A stretch of 64,000 nt of DNA from the NCBI GenBank assembly GCA_038322815.1, contig JBBQGG010000004.1:1953-65952 (forward strand), in the 5' to 3' direction. Shown here piece by piece: positions 19,095 through 25,882 of this stretch; position 1 is the first letter of the stretch; every line of letters begins with the position of its first letter. The notes under the pieces were generated by a model that was not told where the DNA came from, ran no database searches, and was given only the letters and a program-made list of their open reading frames with translations. This DNA is from Candidatus Kapaibacterium sp. (GTDB lineage Bacteria > Bacteroidota > Ignavibacteria > Palsa-1295). The position numbers and the translations under genes were made by a program.

Positions 19095-19157
19095 GGGGCA
19101 CACCGCGTGTGCCCTTTTCAATTTTGCAAAAACGTGAAGGCACGCGCGGCGCGTGCC
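19095..19157. terminator. two GC-rich hairpins between hscB and gmhA-like
   Basis: GGGGCACACCGCGTGTGCCC (19095-19114), followed by TTTT on the plus strand. GGCACGCGCGGCGCGTGCC (19139-19157), followed by TTCACGTTTTTG on the minus strand. Confidence 0.3.
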
Positions 19158-19173
19158 CCCTACGAAAAAGTTT

Positions 19174-19770
19174 TCAGTGCTTCAACACCAGCGACTCCCC
19201 TTTGCTTGCAGCAGTAAGTGAATCAAGAAGTGTTGTGATGTATGCTCGCGCTGCAAGCTGCTTTGCAATTTGTTGTAAAATCTTTTTCTCTCCTTCGCCT
19301 AATTCTCCGGCAGGTTCAGCATGATTAGGAATTGCATCCCATTCAGATCGCAATGTATCACAACTACTATCTATCGAGGTTCTACGATCTTTAAGTTCTC
19401 CAAGAACAGGTTCGATGCTTTTCACAATAGAAACCTTTGAATTATCATTTGCAAATTCCAACTCAGCCACTTTCTCCTGCACGTTCATTACTAATTCCAA
19501 AAGATCCATCGGAACTTGCTTGGATTGCTCGACTGAAAATTCGTACAGAGCCAGCAGATGCTTTGTGCGTCGTAATGGATCACGAAGAGTTCTGTATGCT
19601 TCGTTAATATCGCTTGAGCGGTCAAGAGCCGAATCAATTATTCCTGCAGCCTCTCCTGAAAAACGATCCGGATGAGAGCTGCGCTGTAAATTATGAAAAC
19701 GCCGCTCAAGGGCGGCGTTATCAAAACCAAATGTGCGCTCTACGCCAAGCGTAAGAAAGAAGTCCTGCAT
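19174..19770 (-). CDS. hscB: Fe-S assembly co-chaperone HscB (J-domain)
   Basis: J-domain HPD motif (RSSHPDRF). 198 aa with a helical C-terminal domain. Sits between iscA and hscA. Confidence 0.85.
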   Translation of the reverse strand: MQDFFLTLGVERTFGFDNAALERRFHNLQRSSHPDRFSGEAAGIIDSALDRSSDINEAYRTLRDPLRRTKHLLALYEFSVEQSKQVPMDLLELVMNVQEKVAELEFANDNSKVSIVKSIEPVLGELKDRRTSIDSSCDTLRSEWDAIPNHAEPAGELGEGEKKILQQIAKQLAARAYITTLLDSLTAASKGESLVLKH

Positions 19771-19776
19771 AAATAT

Positions 19777-20034
19777 GTGTCATTGCGAGGAGGGCTTTAG
19801 CCCGACGAAGCAATCCCCTAAATTTGCCTGTCATTCCGAACGTAGTCCGTTATTGCGACAGCAGTAATGGACGTAGTGAGGAATCCCCTGATAGTTTGTA
19901 GCCCCTAAGTCTCTACCACAATTTAAGGGATTCCTCACATCGTTTTTCCTGCTTCGCAAGAAAAATCTCCGTTCGGAATGACACTTAAACTTGGGATTGC
20001 TTCGTCGCTGCTACGCGACTCCTCGCAATGACAC
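19777..20034. repeat. nested composite palindromic repeat (CCGAACG-subtype element 19829-19984 inside the loop of a GCGAGG-subtype element)
   Basis: Outer arms GTGTCATTGCGAGGAG / CTCCTCGCAATGACAC. Inner element arms TGTCATTCCGAACG / CGTTCGGAATGACAC. Confidence 0.8.
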
Positions 20035-20041
20035 CAAGTTG

Positions 20042-20449
20042 TTAAACTCCAAATGAGCTTCCGCAGCCGCAGGATTTGCTGGCATTCGGATTGTTGAATA
20101 CGAATCCTTTGCCATTCAAGCCGTCAGTGTAATCCAACTGTGTGCCTGATAGATAAAAGAGCGACTTCGGATCGACGAAAATATTTACGCCGTCGATCGT
20201 GATCTTCTTATCGCCATCATGTGCTTCTTTATCGAAGCCAAGCGAATACGAAAGCCCGGAACATCCGCCGCCTTTTACGCCAACGCGCAAGCCGTAAGTC
20301 TCCGGAATATTATTCGCAGCCATGATCTTTGCGATCTCAGTGCGAGCCTTTTCCGTCAGGTTGATCTCTTCATCAATATTGGCAAAAGCCTTTTCAACTG
20401 TCGTCTCTTCTAAAGACGGAGCTGTCATTACTTCATTTTCCATTAACAT
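20042..20449 (-). CDS. iscA: A-type Fe-S carrier (IscA/ErpA, HesB family)
   Basis: GGCSGLSYSLGFD and C-terminal SCGCGSSF. The true start may be a few codons downstream. Confidence 0.88.
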   Translation of the reverse strand: MLMENEVMTAPSLEETTVEKAFANIDEEINLTEKARTEIAKIMAANNIPETYGLRVGVKGGGCSGLSYSLGFDKEAHDGDKKITIDGVNIFVDPKSLFYLSGTQLDYTDGLNGKGFVFNNPNASKSCGCGSSFGV

Positions 20450-20484
20450 AGTTTATCCTTTCAATCAAATTTTTTCTTGTCTTT

Positions 20485-20624
20485 GTGTCATTGCGTGGAG
20501 GGCTTCAGCCCGACGACGCAATCTCCTCGGCAGTTTGTAGAGACTTAAAGTCTGCCACGATTTAGGGGATTCCTCACATCGTTTTTTTCGCTTTGCGAAA
20601 AAAAACTCTGTTCGGAATGACACT
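20485..20624. repeat. chimeric palindromic repeat (left half GCGAGG subtype, right half CCGAACG subtype)
   Basis: Left GTGTCATTGCGTGGAGGGCTTCAGCCCGACGACGCAATCTCC. Right GGGGATTCCTCACATCG...CTGTTCGGAATGACAC. Confidence 0.75.
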
Positions 20625-20628
20625 CAAA

Positions 20629-21024
20629 TTATGCAGTCTGCAACGCTGCATGCTTTTTCTTGTAATCTGAGATCGCCGCTTTGATCGCATCTTCGGCAAG
20701 CACTGAACAGTGGATCTTCACCGGAGGAAGATTCAATTCCTTTACGATCTCCGTATTCTTTAGTGCATACGCTTCTTCGATCGAACGTCCTTTAATTACT
20801 TCTGTTGCGAACGAACTTGAAGCAATGGCGCTTCCGCAGCCAAATGTTTTGAACTTTGCATCTTCAATGATGCCATCGTCATTGATCTTGAGCTGCAAGC
20901 GCATCACGTCACCGCATTCCGGTGCGCCCACTAATCCCGTTCCGACATTCGGATCGTTCGGGTCCATTGTTCCGACATTACGCGGATTCGAATAGTGATC
21001 TAAAACCTTTTCTGAGTAAGCCAT
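20629..21024 (-). CDS. iscU: Fe-S cluster scaffold IscU
   Basis: GAPECGDVMRLQ, FGCGSAIASSS, LPPVKIHCSVLAEDAIKAA. Confidence 0.93.
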   Translation of the reverse strand: MAYSEKVLDHYSNPRNVGTMDPNDPNVGTGLVGAPECGDVMRLQLKINDDGIIEDAKFKTFGCGSAIASSSFATEVIKGRSIEEAYALKNTEIVKELNLPPVKIHCSVLAEDAIKAAISDYKKKHAALQTA

Positions 21025-21097
21025 AATTTTCTTTCCTGATTTTCTACTTTATTATACGTTATCAAATTCTTTTTGATTCAACTTTCATGCCAAAACT

Positions 21098-21222
21098 GTG
21101 TCATTGCGAGGAGGGCTTTCGCCCGACGAAGCAATCTCCTCGGTAAATTGTATATCGTAACGTTCTGCCACGATTTAGGGGATTGCTTCGTCGTCGCTAC
21201 GCGACTCCTCTCGCAATGACAC
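21098..21222. repeat. palindromic repeat, GCGAGG subtype (canonical copy)
   Basis: GTGTCATTGCGAGGAG-GGCTTTCGCC-CGACGAAGCAATCTCC-loop(CCACGATTTA)-GGGGATTGCTTCGTCG-TCGCTACGCGA-CTCCTCTCGCAATGACAC. Confidence 0.85.
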
Positions 21223-21227
21223 CTAAT

Positions 21228-21722
21228 TTACTTCTTCAGCCACGGTGGCGGAGCTTTTGCTCCTGCCGGTGCGGCTCCTGTTGCAGTCGGTGCTGCTGCG
21301 GGTTTCGCTTCAGTTGGTGCTGCGGCTGGTTTTGCTGCTGCTGCCGGAGCCGCGGATTTCGCCACCGGCGCAGGCGCTGCTGCTTTTGACGGCGGCATCT
21401 GATCGGGTAATTCCCCTTGCATTCCGCCACGAGTATTGCCCGTTTTGCTGGCAACAAGCTCAGGATAATTCAGTGTATAACCTTGCGGATTCACCTTCCG
21501 AAAAATTCCTTTGCGCTCATACGCGCGCGAAACTTCCTCTGCCATCTGCAATGCAACAGTATCTCGGATCGTCTTGCCTTCTTTATCCTCGAAGTAATCC
21601 TGAATGGAATACTGCAAGTCGCGCAGGAAAACATTCGAGTTATGAAATACGGGTTTATGAATCTCCCGCATGTAGCTAAAAAGCTCGTACGGATAGTCGA
21701 TAAATATGTCTGCGTTTGGCAT
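21228..21722 (-). CDS. hypothetical protein (about 100-aa globular N-domain plus Ala/Pro-rich tail) embedded in the isc operon
   Basis: 164-aa ORF between iscS and iscU, same strand. N-terminus MPNADIFIDYPYELFSYMREIHKPVFHNSNVFLRDLQY... matches no family I recognise. Tail AAAPAPVAKSAAPAAAAKPAAAPTEAKPAAAP... Confidence 0.6.
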   Translation of the reverse strand: MPNADIFIDYPYELFSYMREIHKPVFHNSNVFLRDLQYSIQDYFEDKEGKTIRDTVALQMAEEVSRAYERKGIFRKVNPQGYTLNYPELVASKTGNTRGGMQGELPDQMPPSKAAAPAPVAKSAAPAAAAKPAAAPTEAKPAAAPTATGAAPAGAKAPPPWLKK

Positions 21723-21723
21723 T

Positions 21724-21802
21724 GGTTAGTTGTTAGTCTTTAGTCTTTAGTCGTTAGCAGAAGTCGTTTGCTAACGACTAAAGACTAACAACTGACGACT
21801 AA
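21724..21802. repeat. long palindrome built of GTTAGT(C/T) units
   Basis: GGTTAGTTGTTAGTCTTTAGTCTTTAGTCGTTAGC-agaagtcgttt-GCTAACGACTAAAGACTAACAACTGACGACTAA. Fills the whole iscS|orf164 spacer. Confidence 0.8.
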
Positions 21803-23035
21803 TTAATGTGCTGCCCACTCTACTGATTTCAGATCTATTCCCATTTTCGCCATTTCATAAAGCGGCGACATTTCGCGCAGATGAAGCACGGCTTTGATTA
21901 CATCTTTTGCAGTGTACTCGATCTCTTCATCCGTATTGAATCTTCCGATCCCAAAACGGATAGATGTATGCGCTAAGTCTTCACCGACTCCGAGCGCCTT
22001 TAAAATATAACTTGGTTCAAGACTTGCCGATGTACACGCTGAGCCTGAACTGACAGCAATATCCTTAATCCCCATCATCATCGCCTCGCCTTCGACGAAT
22101 GCAAAGCTGACATTCAAGTTTCCCGGCAAGCGCAATTCAGGATTCTTCAATGGATCGGGTCCATTGATATACAATTCATCAAGCTCGGCATTCAGCAAAT
22201 TCCAAAGCTTATCACGCATGCCCTGAATGCGCGGCACTTCGACTGACATATCCGTCATACATATTTCAAGCGCTTTTGCAAGTCCGACTATACCCGGCAC
22301 ATTTAGCGTACCCGAACGCATTCCGCGTTCATGTCCGCCGCCATCCATTTGCGAAGTAAGCTTCACGCGAGGACTTTTTTTGCGTACATATAATGCTCCA
22401 ACACCTTTTGGTCCGTACATTTTATGTGCTGACATTGATGCAAGATCAACATTCATTCTCTGAACATCGAAAGGTACTTTTCCAATAGATTGTGTTGCAT
22501 CGGTATGAAAGAGCACACCTTTTTCATGACAAATTTTTCCGATGGCTTCGATATCTTGTATCACGCCAATCTCGTTATTGGCATGCATGATCGTGACAAG
22601 CACCGTCTGATCTGTTATCGCAGCGCGAAGTTCATCGAGATTAATAAAGCCTTCTTTATTCACCGTCAGATACGTTACGCGCGAACCCTTGCGCTCCAAT
22701 GCTTTGCAGGTATCGAGCACAGCTTTATGCTCAGTCGTGCACGTAATGATGTGATTGCCTTTTGAGGCATACATCTCGGCAACGCCTTTGATGGCAAGAT
22801 TATTTGCTTCGGTCGAACCGGAAGTGAAGACGATTTCCTTTTCGTCCGCGCCAATATATTTGGCGATCGTATTACGTGCCCAATCAACTCCTTCTTCTGC
22901 CGACCAACCAAAGCTATGATTACGGCTTGCAGCATTACCGAACTTCTCGGTAAAATACGGCATCATCGCCTCAAGCACGCGAGGGTCTAACGGCGTTGTA
23001 GCATTATTATCTAAGTATATCGGTATCTTTACCAT
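21803..23035 (-). CDS. iscS: cysteine desulfurase IscS
   Basis: [20 protein letters not shown] (PLP lysine), SSGSACTS (active Cys). Start taken at [11 protein letters not shown] (23035). The upstream 27 codons of the track ORF read into a repeat. Confidence 0.93.
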   Translation of the reverse strand: MVKIPIYLDNNATTPLDPRVLEAMMPYFTEKFGNAASRNHSFGWSAEEGVDWARNTIAKYIGADEKEIVFTSGSTEANNLAIKGVAEMYASKGNHIITCTTEHKAVLDTCKALERKGSRVTYLTVNKEGFINLDELRAAITDQTVLVTIMHANNEIGVIQDIEAIGKICHEKGVLFHTDATQSIGKVPFDVQRMNVDLASMSAHKMYGPKGVGALYVRKKSPRVKLTSQMDGGGHERGMRSGTLNVPGIVGLAKALEICMTDMSVEVPRIQGMRDKLWNLLNAELDELYINGPDPLKNPELRLPGNLNVSFAFVEGEAMMMGIKDIAVSSGSACTSASLEPSYILKALGVGEDLAHTSIRFGIGRFNTDEEIEYTAKDVIKAVLHLREMSPLYEMAKMGIDLKSVEWAAH

Positions 23036-23066
23036 TTGTATCGTTTCCTTTTTCAATTTCTTTTTT

Positions 23067-23208
23067 GTGTCATTGCGAGGAAGGAGCAATAGCGACTGAC
23101 GAAGCAAACTCCTCAATGTATTATAGAATCTTACTTTCTACCAATCCTCAGGGGATTGCTTCGTCGTTTTCTTTTCCTTCGGAAAAGAAAAGCTCCTCGC
23201 AATGACAC
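23067..23208. repeat. palindromic repeat, GCGAGG subtype
   Basis: GTGTCATTGCGAGGAAGG...GGGGATTGCTTCGTCG...CTCCTCGCAATGACAC in the iscR|iscS spacer. Confidence 0.8.
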
Positions 23209-23220
23209 CTAAAAACAAAA

Positions 23221-23622
23221 TCAAAGCAATTCAGCTATCGTCATCTTCCCCATGGATTCCTCCATACGAAGCTGGAGTTTATTCATTGGTTCTTTGATCG
23301 TGCAGGTATCGAACATATCACATGCTCCATGCTCGCCTGATGGCGAGATGCATTCGGTGATCGTCGTATGCTCATCGAGTGCGCGGACGACGCGCGACAA
23401 ATTTATTGATTCCGGCGAGAAGAGCAGCGCATATCCGCCGCGCACTCCCCGGTACGAATCAATGATGCCTTCGGATTTCAATGACTGCATCACTTTAGCG
23501 AGTAGTTCGTACGGAATATTCTTCGACGCAGATATTTCCCGCGTCGTCGCAACCGTACCGGATTTCGCCAGATACTGAAGCGCCATAAGCCCATATTCCA
23601 CACGTTTTGATAACCGAAGCAT
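23221..23622 (-). CDS. iscR: Rrf2-family Fe-S-sensing transcriptional regulator IscR
   Basis: MLRLSKRVEYGLMALQYLAK (Rrf2 HTH). Cys cluster CISPSGEHGACDMFDTC. First gene of the isc operon. Confidence 0.85.
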   Translation of the reverse strand: MLRLSKRVEYGLMALQYLAKSGTVATTREISASKNIPYELLAKVMQSLKSEGIIDSYRGVRGGYALLFSPESINLSRVVRALDEHTTITECISPSGEHGACDMFDTCTIKEPMNKLQLRMEESMGKMTIAELL

Positions 23623-23643
23623 TCTCTTAACTTTCCCAAGTAC

Positions 23644-23656
23644 GACTAATTTAGTC
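23644..23656. promoter_or_regulatory. candidate IscR type-1 operator core
   Basis: GACTAATTTAGTC lies 22 nt upstream of the iscR ATG. It fits the core GACTRWWWYAGTC of the E. coli type-1 IscR site. The flanks do not fit. Confidence 0.35.
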
Positions 23657-23731
23657 CTACTTTGTAACTTAATTAAAGGCTCGTTTTAAGAGCCTGAGAG
23701 TATAACGGATTTTTTGGGGGGAAGGTTCGGT
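23657..23731. repeat. about 75-bp direct repeat, copy A (contains hairpin AGGCTC-gttttaa-GAGCCT)
   Basis: CTACTTTGTAACTTAATTAAAGGCTCGTTTTAAGAGCCTGAGAGTATAACGGATTTTTTGGGGGGAAGGTTCGGT. Near-identical to 24109-24186. Confidence 0.8.
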
Positions 23732-23745
23732 TTAGTCCGCGATTG

Positions 23746-24030
23746 TTATGCGTTCGGAAGGTAATCCTGATAAAGATCTTCCTTGGCATCATCCCAGAAA
23801 TCGAATCCACCCGATAGAGATTCATGCAATTCCTTGATGATCTCCTCTGCAATCTGAGGTTTTAATTCTCCTCTATCATATGCTGCAAGGCCTTCCCGCA
23901 CACCTTGGATAAATTCCTCTCTTCTTGCTTGGAGTTGTCTGTTGCGGACAATCTCCACAAGCATATCCCTCTGCTCTGATTCAAGGAGCATCACTTTGTC
24001 AAGTACGGAATCTAATGTAACTGTATGCAT
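23746..24030 (-). CDS. hypothetical 94-aa helical protein (antitoxin-like)
   Basis: MHTVTLDSVLDKVMLLESEQRDMLVEIVRNRQLQARREEF... A truncated paralogue lies at 28039-28116. No recognisable toxin partner. Confidence 0.5.
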   Translation of the reverse strand: MHTVTLDSVLDKVMLLESEQRDMLVEIVRNRQLQARREEFIQGVREGLAAYDRGELKPQIAEEIIKELHESLSGGFDFWDDAKEDLYQDYLPNA

Positions 24031-24108
24031 ACATTAAGAAACAATTGGGGCAAAAAATGATTCAATGCTCTTCTGCAATCTCGAAGCAGGATTCTCGAAA
24101 CACAACCA

Positions 24109-24186
24109 CTACTTTGTAAATTAAATTAAAGGCTCGTTTTAGGAGCCTGAGAGTATAGCGGATTTTGAGGGGTGGGAGGTTCAGGT
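24109..24186. repeat. about 75-bp direct repeat, copy B
   Basis: CTACTTTGTAAATTAAATTAAAGGCTCGTTTTAGGAGCCTGAGAGTATAGCGGATTTTGAGGGGTGGGAGGTTCAGGT. Confidence 0.8.
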
Positions 24187-24291
24187 AATTCAATAAAGAT
24201 ACCACTGTGACAATTTATAAGAAAAACAGATTTTGTGGAAAACTTCCGTATTGTTTCATATATTAGATGCGTTGATGATAGGCACCATCTT

Positions 24292-25152
24292 ATGGAAATT
24301 CAAACCGATTTATATCTTGGCGATAGCAGAGAAGAACTGAAAAAGATAGACGACAATACTGTTGATCTTATTGTTACTTCACCGCCATATGCTGACCAGA
24401 GAAAGACTACGTATGGTGGAATCCATCCTGATCACTATGTTGATTGGTTTCTTCCAATTGCTGAACAGATGTTTCGTGTCCTTAAACCTACAGGGACTTT
24501 CATATTAAACATCAAAGAGAAAGTCGTTGATGGAGAGAGGAGCACGTATGTGATGGAGTTAATCTTGGCAATGAGGAAGCAGGGGTGGCTTTGGACAGAA
24601 GAATTTATCTGGCATAAGAAGAACAGTTATCCTGGAAAATGGCCAAATCGTTTTCGCGATTCATGGGAACGGCTTCTACAATTCAATAAGGACAAAAGAT
24701 TTCACATGTATCAAGAAGAGGTAATGGTGCCGATGGGAAATTGGGCAAAAGCGAGACTTAAGAATTTGAGCGAGACCGATAAGATAAGAGACAATTCAAA
24801 GGTTGGGAGCGGATTTGGAAAAAACATTTCAAACTGGTTAGAAAGAGAGAAGGCCTACCCATCAAATGTGCTTCATCTCGCGACAGAATGTAATAACAAG
24901 AACCATAGTGCAGCATTTCCTGAGGAATTACCGGAATGGTTTATTAAACTTTTTACCAAAGAAGCCGACGTTGTTCTTGATCCATTTATGGGTTCAGGAA
25001 CAACAATTGTTGTTGCTAGCAGAATGAGAAGAAATACAATCGGTATTGACATTGTACCCGAATATGTTGAGATGGTCAAGCAACAAATCAACCCTTCACA
25101 GTTTTATCTTTTAGAACCGAGTATTAAATATGCAGGAGTTGACACTAACTGA
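24292..25152 (+). CDS. beta-class N4-cytosine/N6-adenine DNA methyltransferase (SPPY type, probably m4C)
   Basis: Motif IV LIVTSPPYADQR lies N-terminal and motif I VLDPFMGSGTT lies C-terminal, which is the beta-class order. ATG at 24292. The track ORF starts at GTG 24235. Confidence 0.85.
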   Translation: MEIQTDLYLGDSREELKKIDDNTVDLIVTSPPYADQRKTTYGGIHPDHYVDWFLPIAEQMFRVLKPTGTFILNIKEKVVDGERSTYVMELILAMRKQGWLWTEEFIWHKKNSYPGKWPNRFRDSWERLLQFNKDKRFHMYQEEVMVPMGNWAKARLKNLSETDKIRDNSKVGSGFGKNISNWLEREKAYPSNVLHLATECNNKNHSAAFPEELPEWFIKLFTKEADVVLDPFMGSGTTIVVASRMRRNTIGIDIVPEYVEMVKQQINPSQFYLLEPSIKYAGVDTN

Positions 25153-25864
25153 AATCGTTGAATATGTTGAAAACAACATAGGAATCTTCCATCAAAAGAG
25201 AATCCAAAGCCTCGATGGACTAAAACTCAATGACGTCCTCCAACGCAAAAACCCGTATCTGTTCAAAGCGAAATATTTACTCACAGCTGAAGAAATTATT
25301 AAGGGGTTCGCAGATGCACACATCTCTTCAAATGAGGAAACTATCTTCGGTGATTGGCTGGAAAACCTAGCAATATTCATCAACTCGAAAGTTTACAATG
25401 GTAGGAAGTCAGGTATTATTGGTATTGATCTTGAGTTTGACAAGGATGCAATTCGTTACATAGTCACCATAAAATCCGGACCGAATTGGGGTAATAGTGG
25501 ACAAATCTTGAAGATGATAGAAAATTTTAAGACCGCTCAGCGTACACTAAGAACAAGCAACTCAAAAATGCATACCATTCCCGTTAATGGATGTTGTTAT
25601 GGAAAAGACAATCGACCAGACAAAGGAGATTATCAAAAACTCTGTGGGCAAAGGTTTTGGGAGTTCATTTCGGGCGACAAAGACCTTTATCTTAAAATTA
25701 TAGAACCTCTGGGTCATAAAGCAAAGGAAAAGAATGACGATTTTATGCTTTCATATTCCCAAATGCTGAATCGATTTACCAGAAAATTTGCAAATTCTTT
25801 TTGTTTAGATAATGGTTCTATTGACTGGGAAAAACTTGTAAAATTTAATTCTGCTCAATCCTAA
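25130..25864 (+). CDS. type II restriction endonuclease (partner of the methyltransferase)
   Basis: Overlaps the methylase 3' end by 23 nt. RKNPYLFKAK and GIDLEF...YIVTIKSGPNWGN recall the TdeIII/Eco47II/PmeII-type REase families and a PD-(D/E)xK-like core. This comes from memory and is not searchable here. Confidence 0.65.
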   Translation: MQELTLTEIVEYVENNIGIFHQKRIQSLDGLKLNDVLQRKNPYLFKAKYLLTAEEIIKGFADAHISSNEETIFGDWLENLAIFINSKVYNGRKSGIIGIDLEFDKDAIRYIVTIKSGPNWGNSGQILKMIENFKTAQRTLRTSNSKMHTIPVNGCCYGKDNRPDKGDYQKLCGQRFWEFISGDKDLYLKIIEPLGHKAKEKNDDFMLSYSQMLNRFTRKFANSFCLDNGSIDWEKLVKFNSAQS

Positions 25865-25882
25865 CTATTGCCAATGACATAC

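Noticed and set aside
21183-21679. ORFs 21183-21389, 21236-21457 and 21245-21679, rich in Cys/Arg/Leu or Gln/Arg
   Set aside because: These are alternative-frame or antisense readings of the GC-rich Ala/Pro-coding tail of orf164. The sequences are low-complexity with no motif.
25872-25880. CAATGACAT between the REase and protease genes as a half-copy of the palindromic repeat
   Set aside because: Only 9 nt match the arm, with no partner arm or inner arms. This is probably chance.
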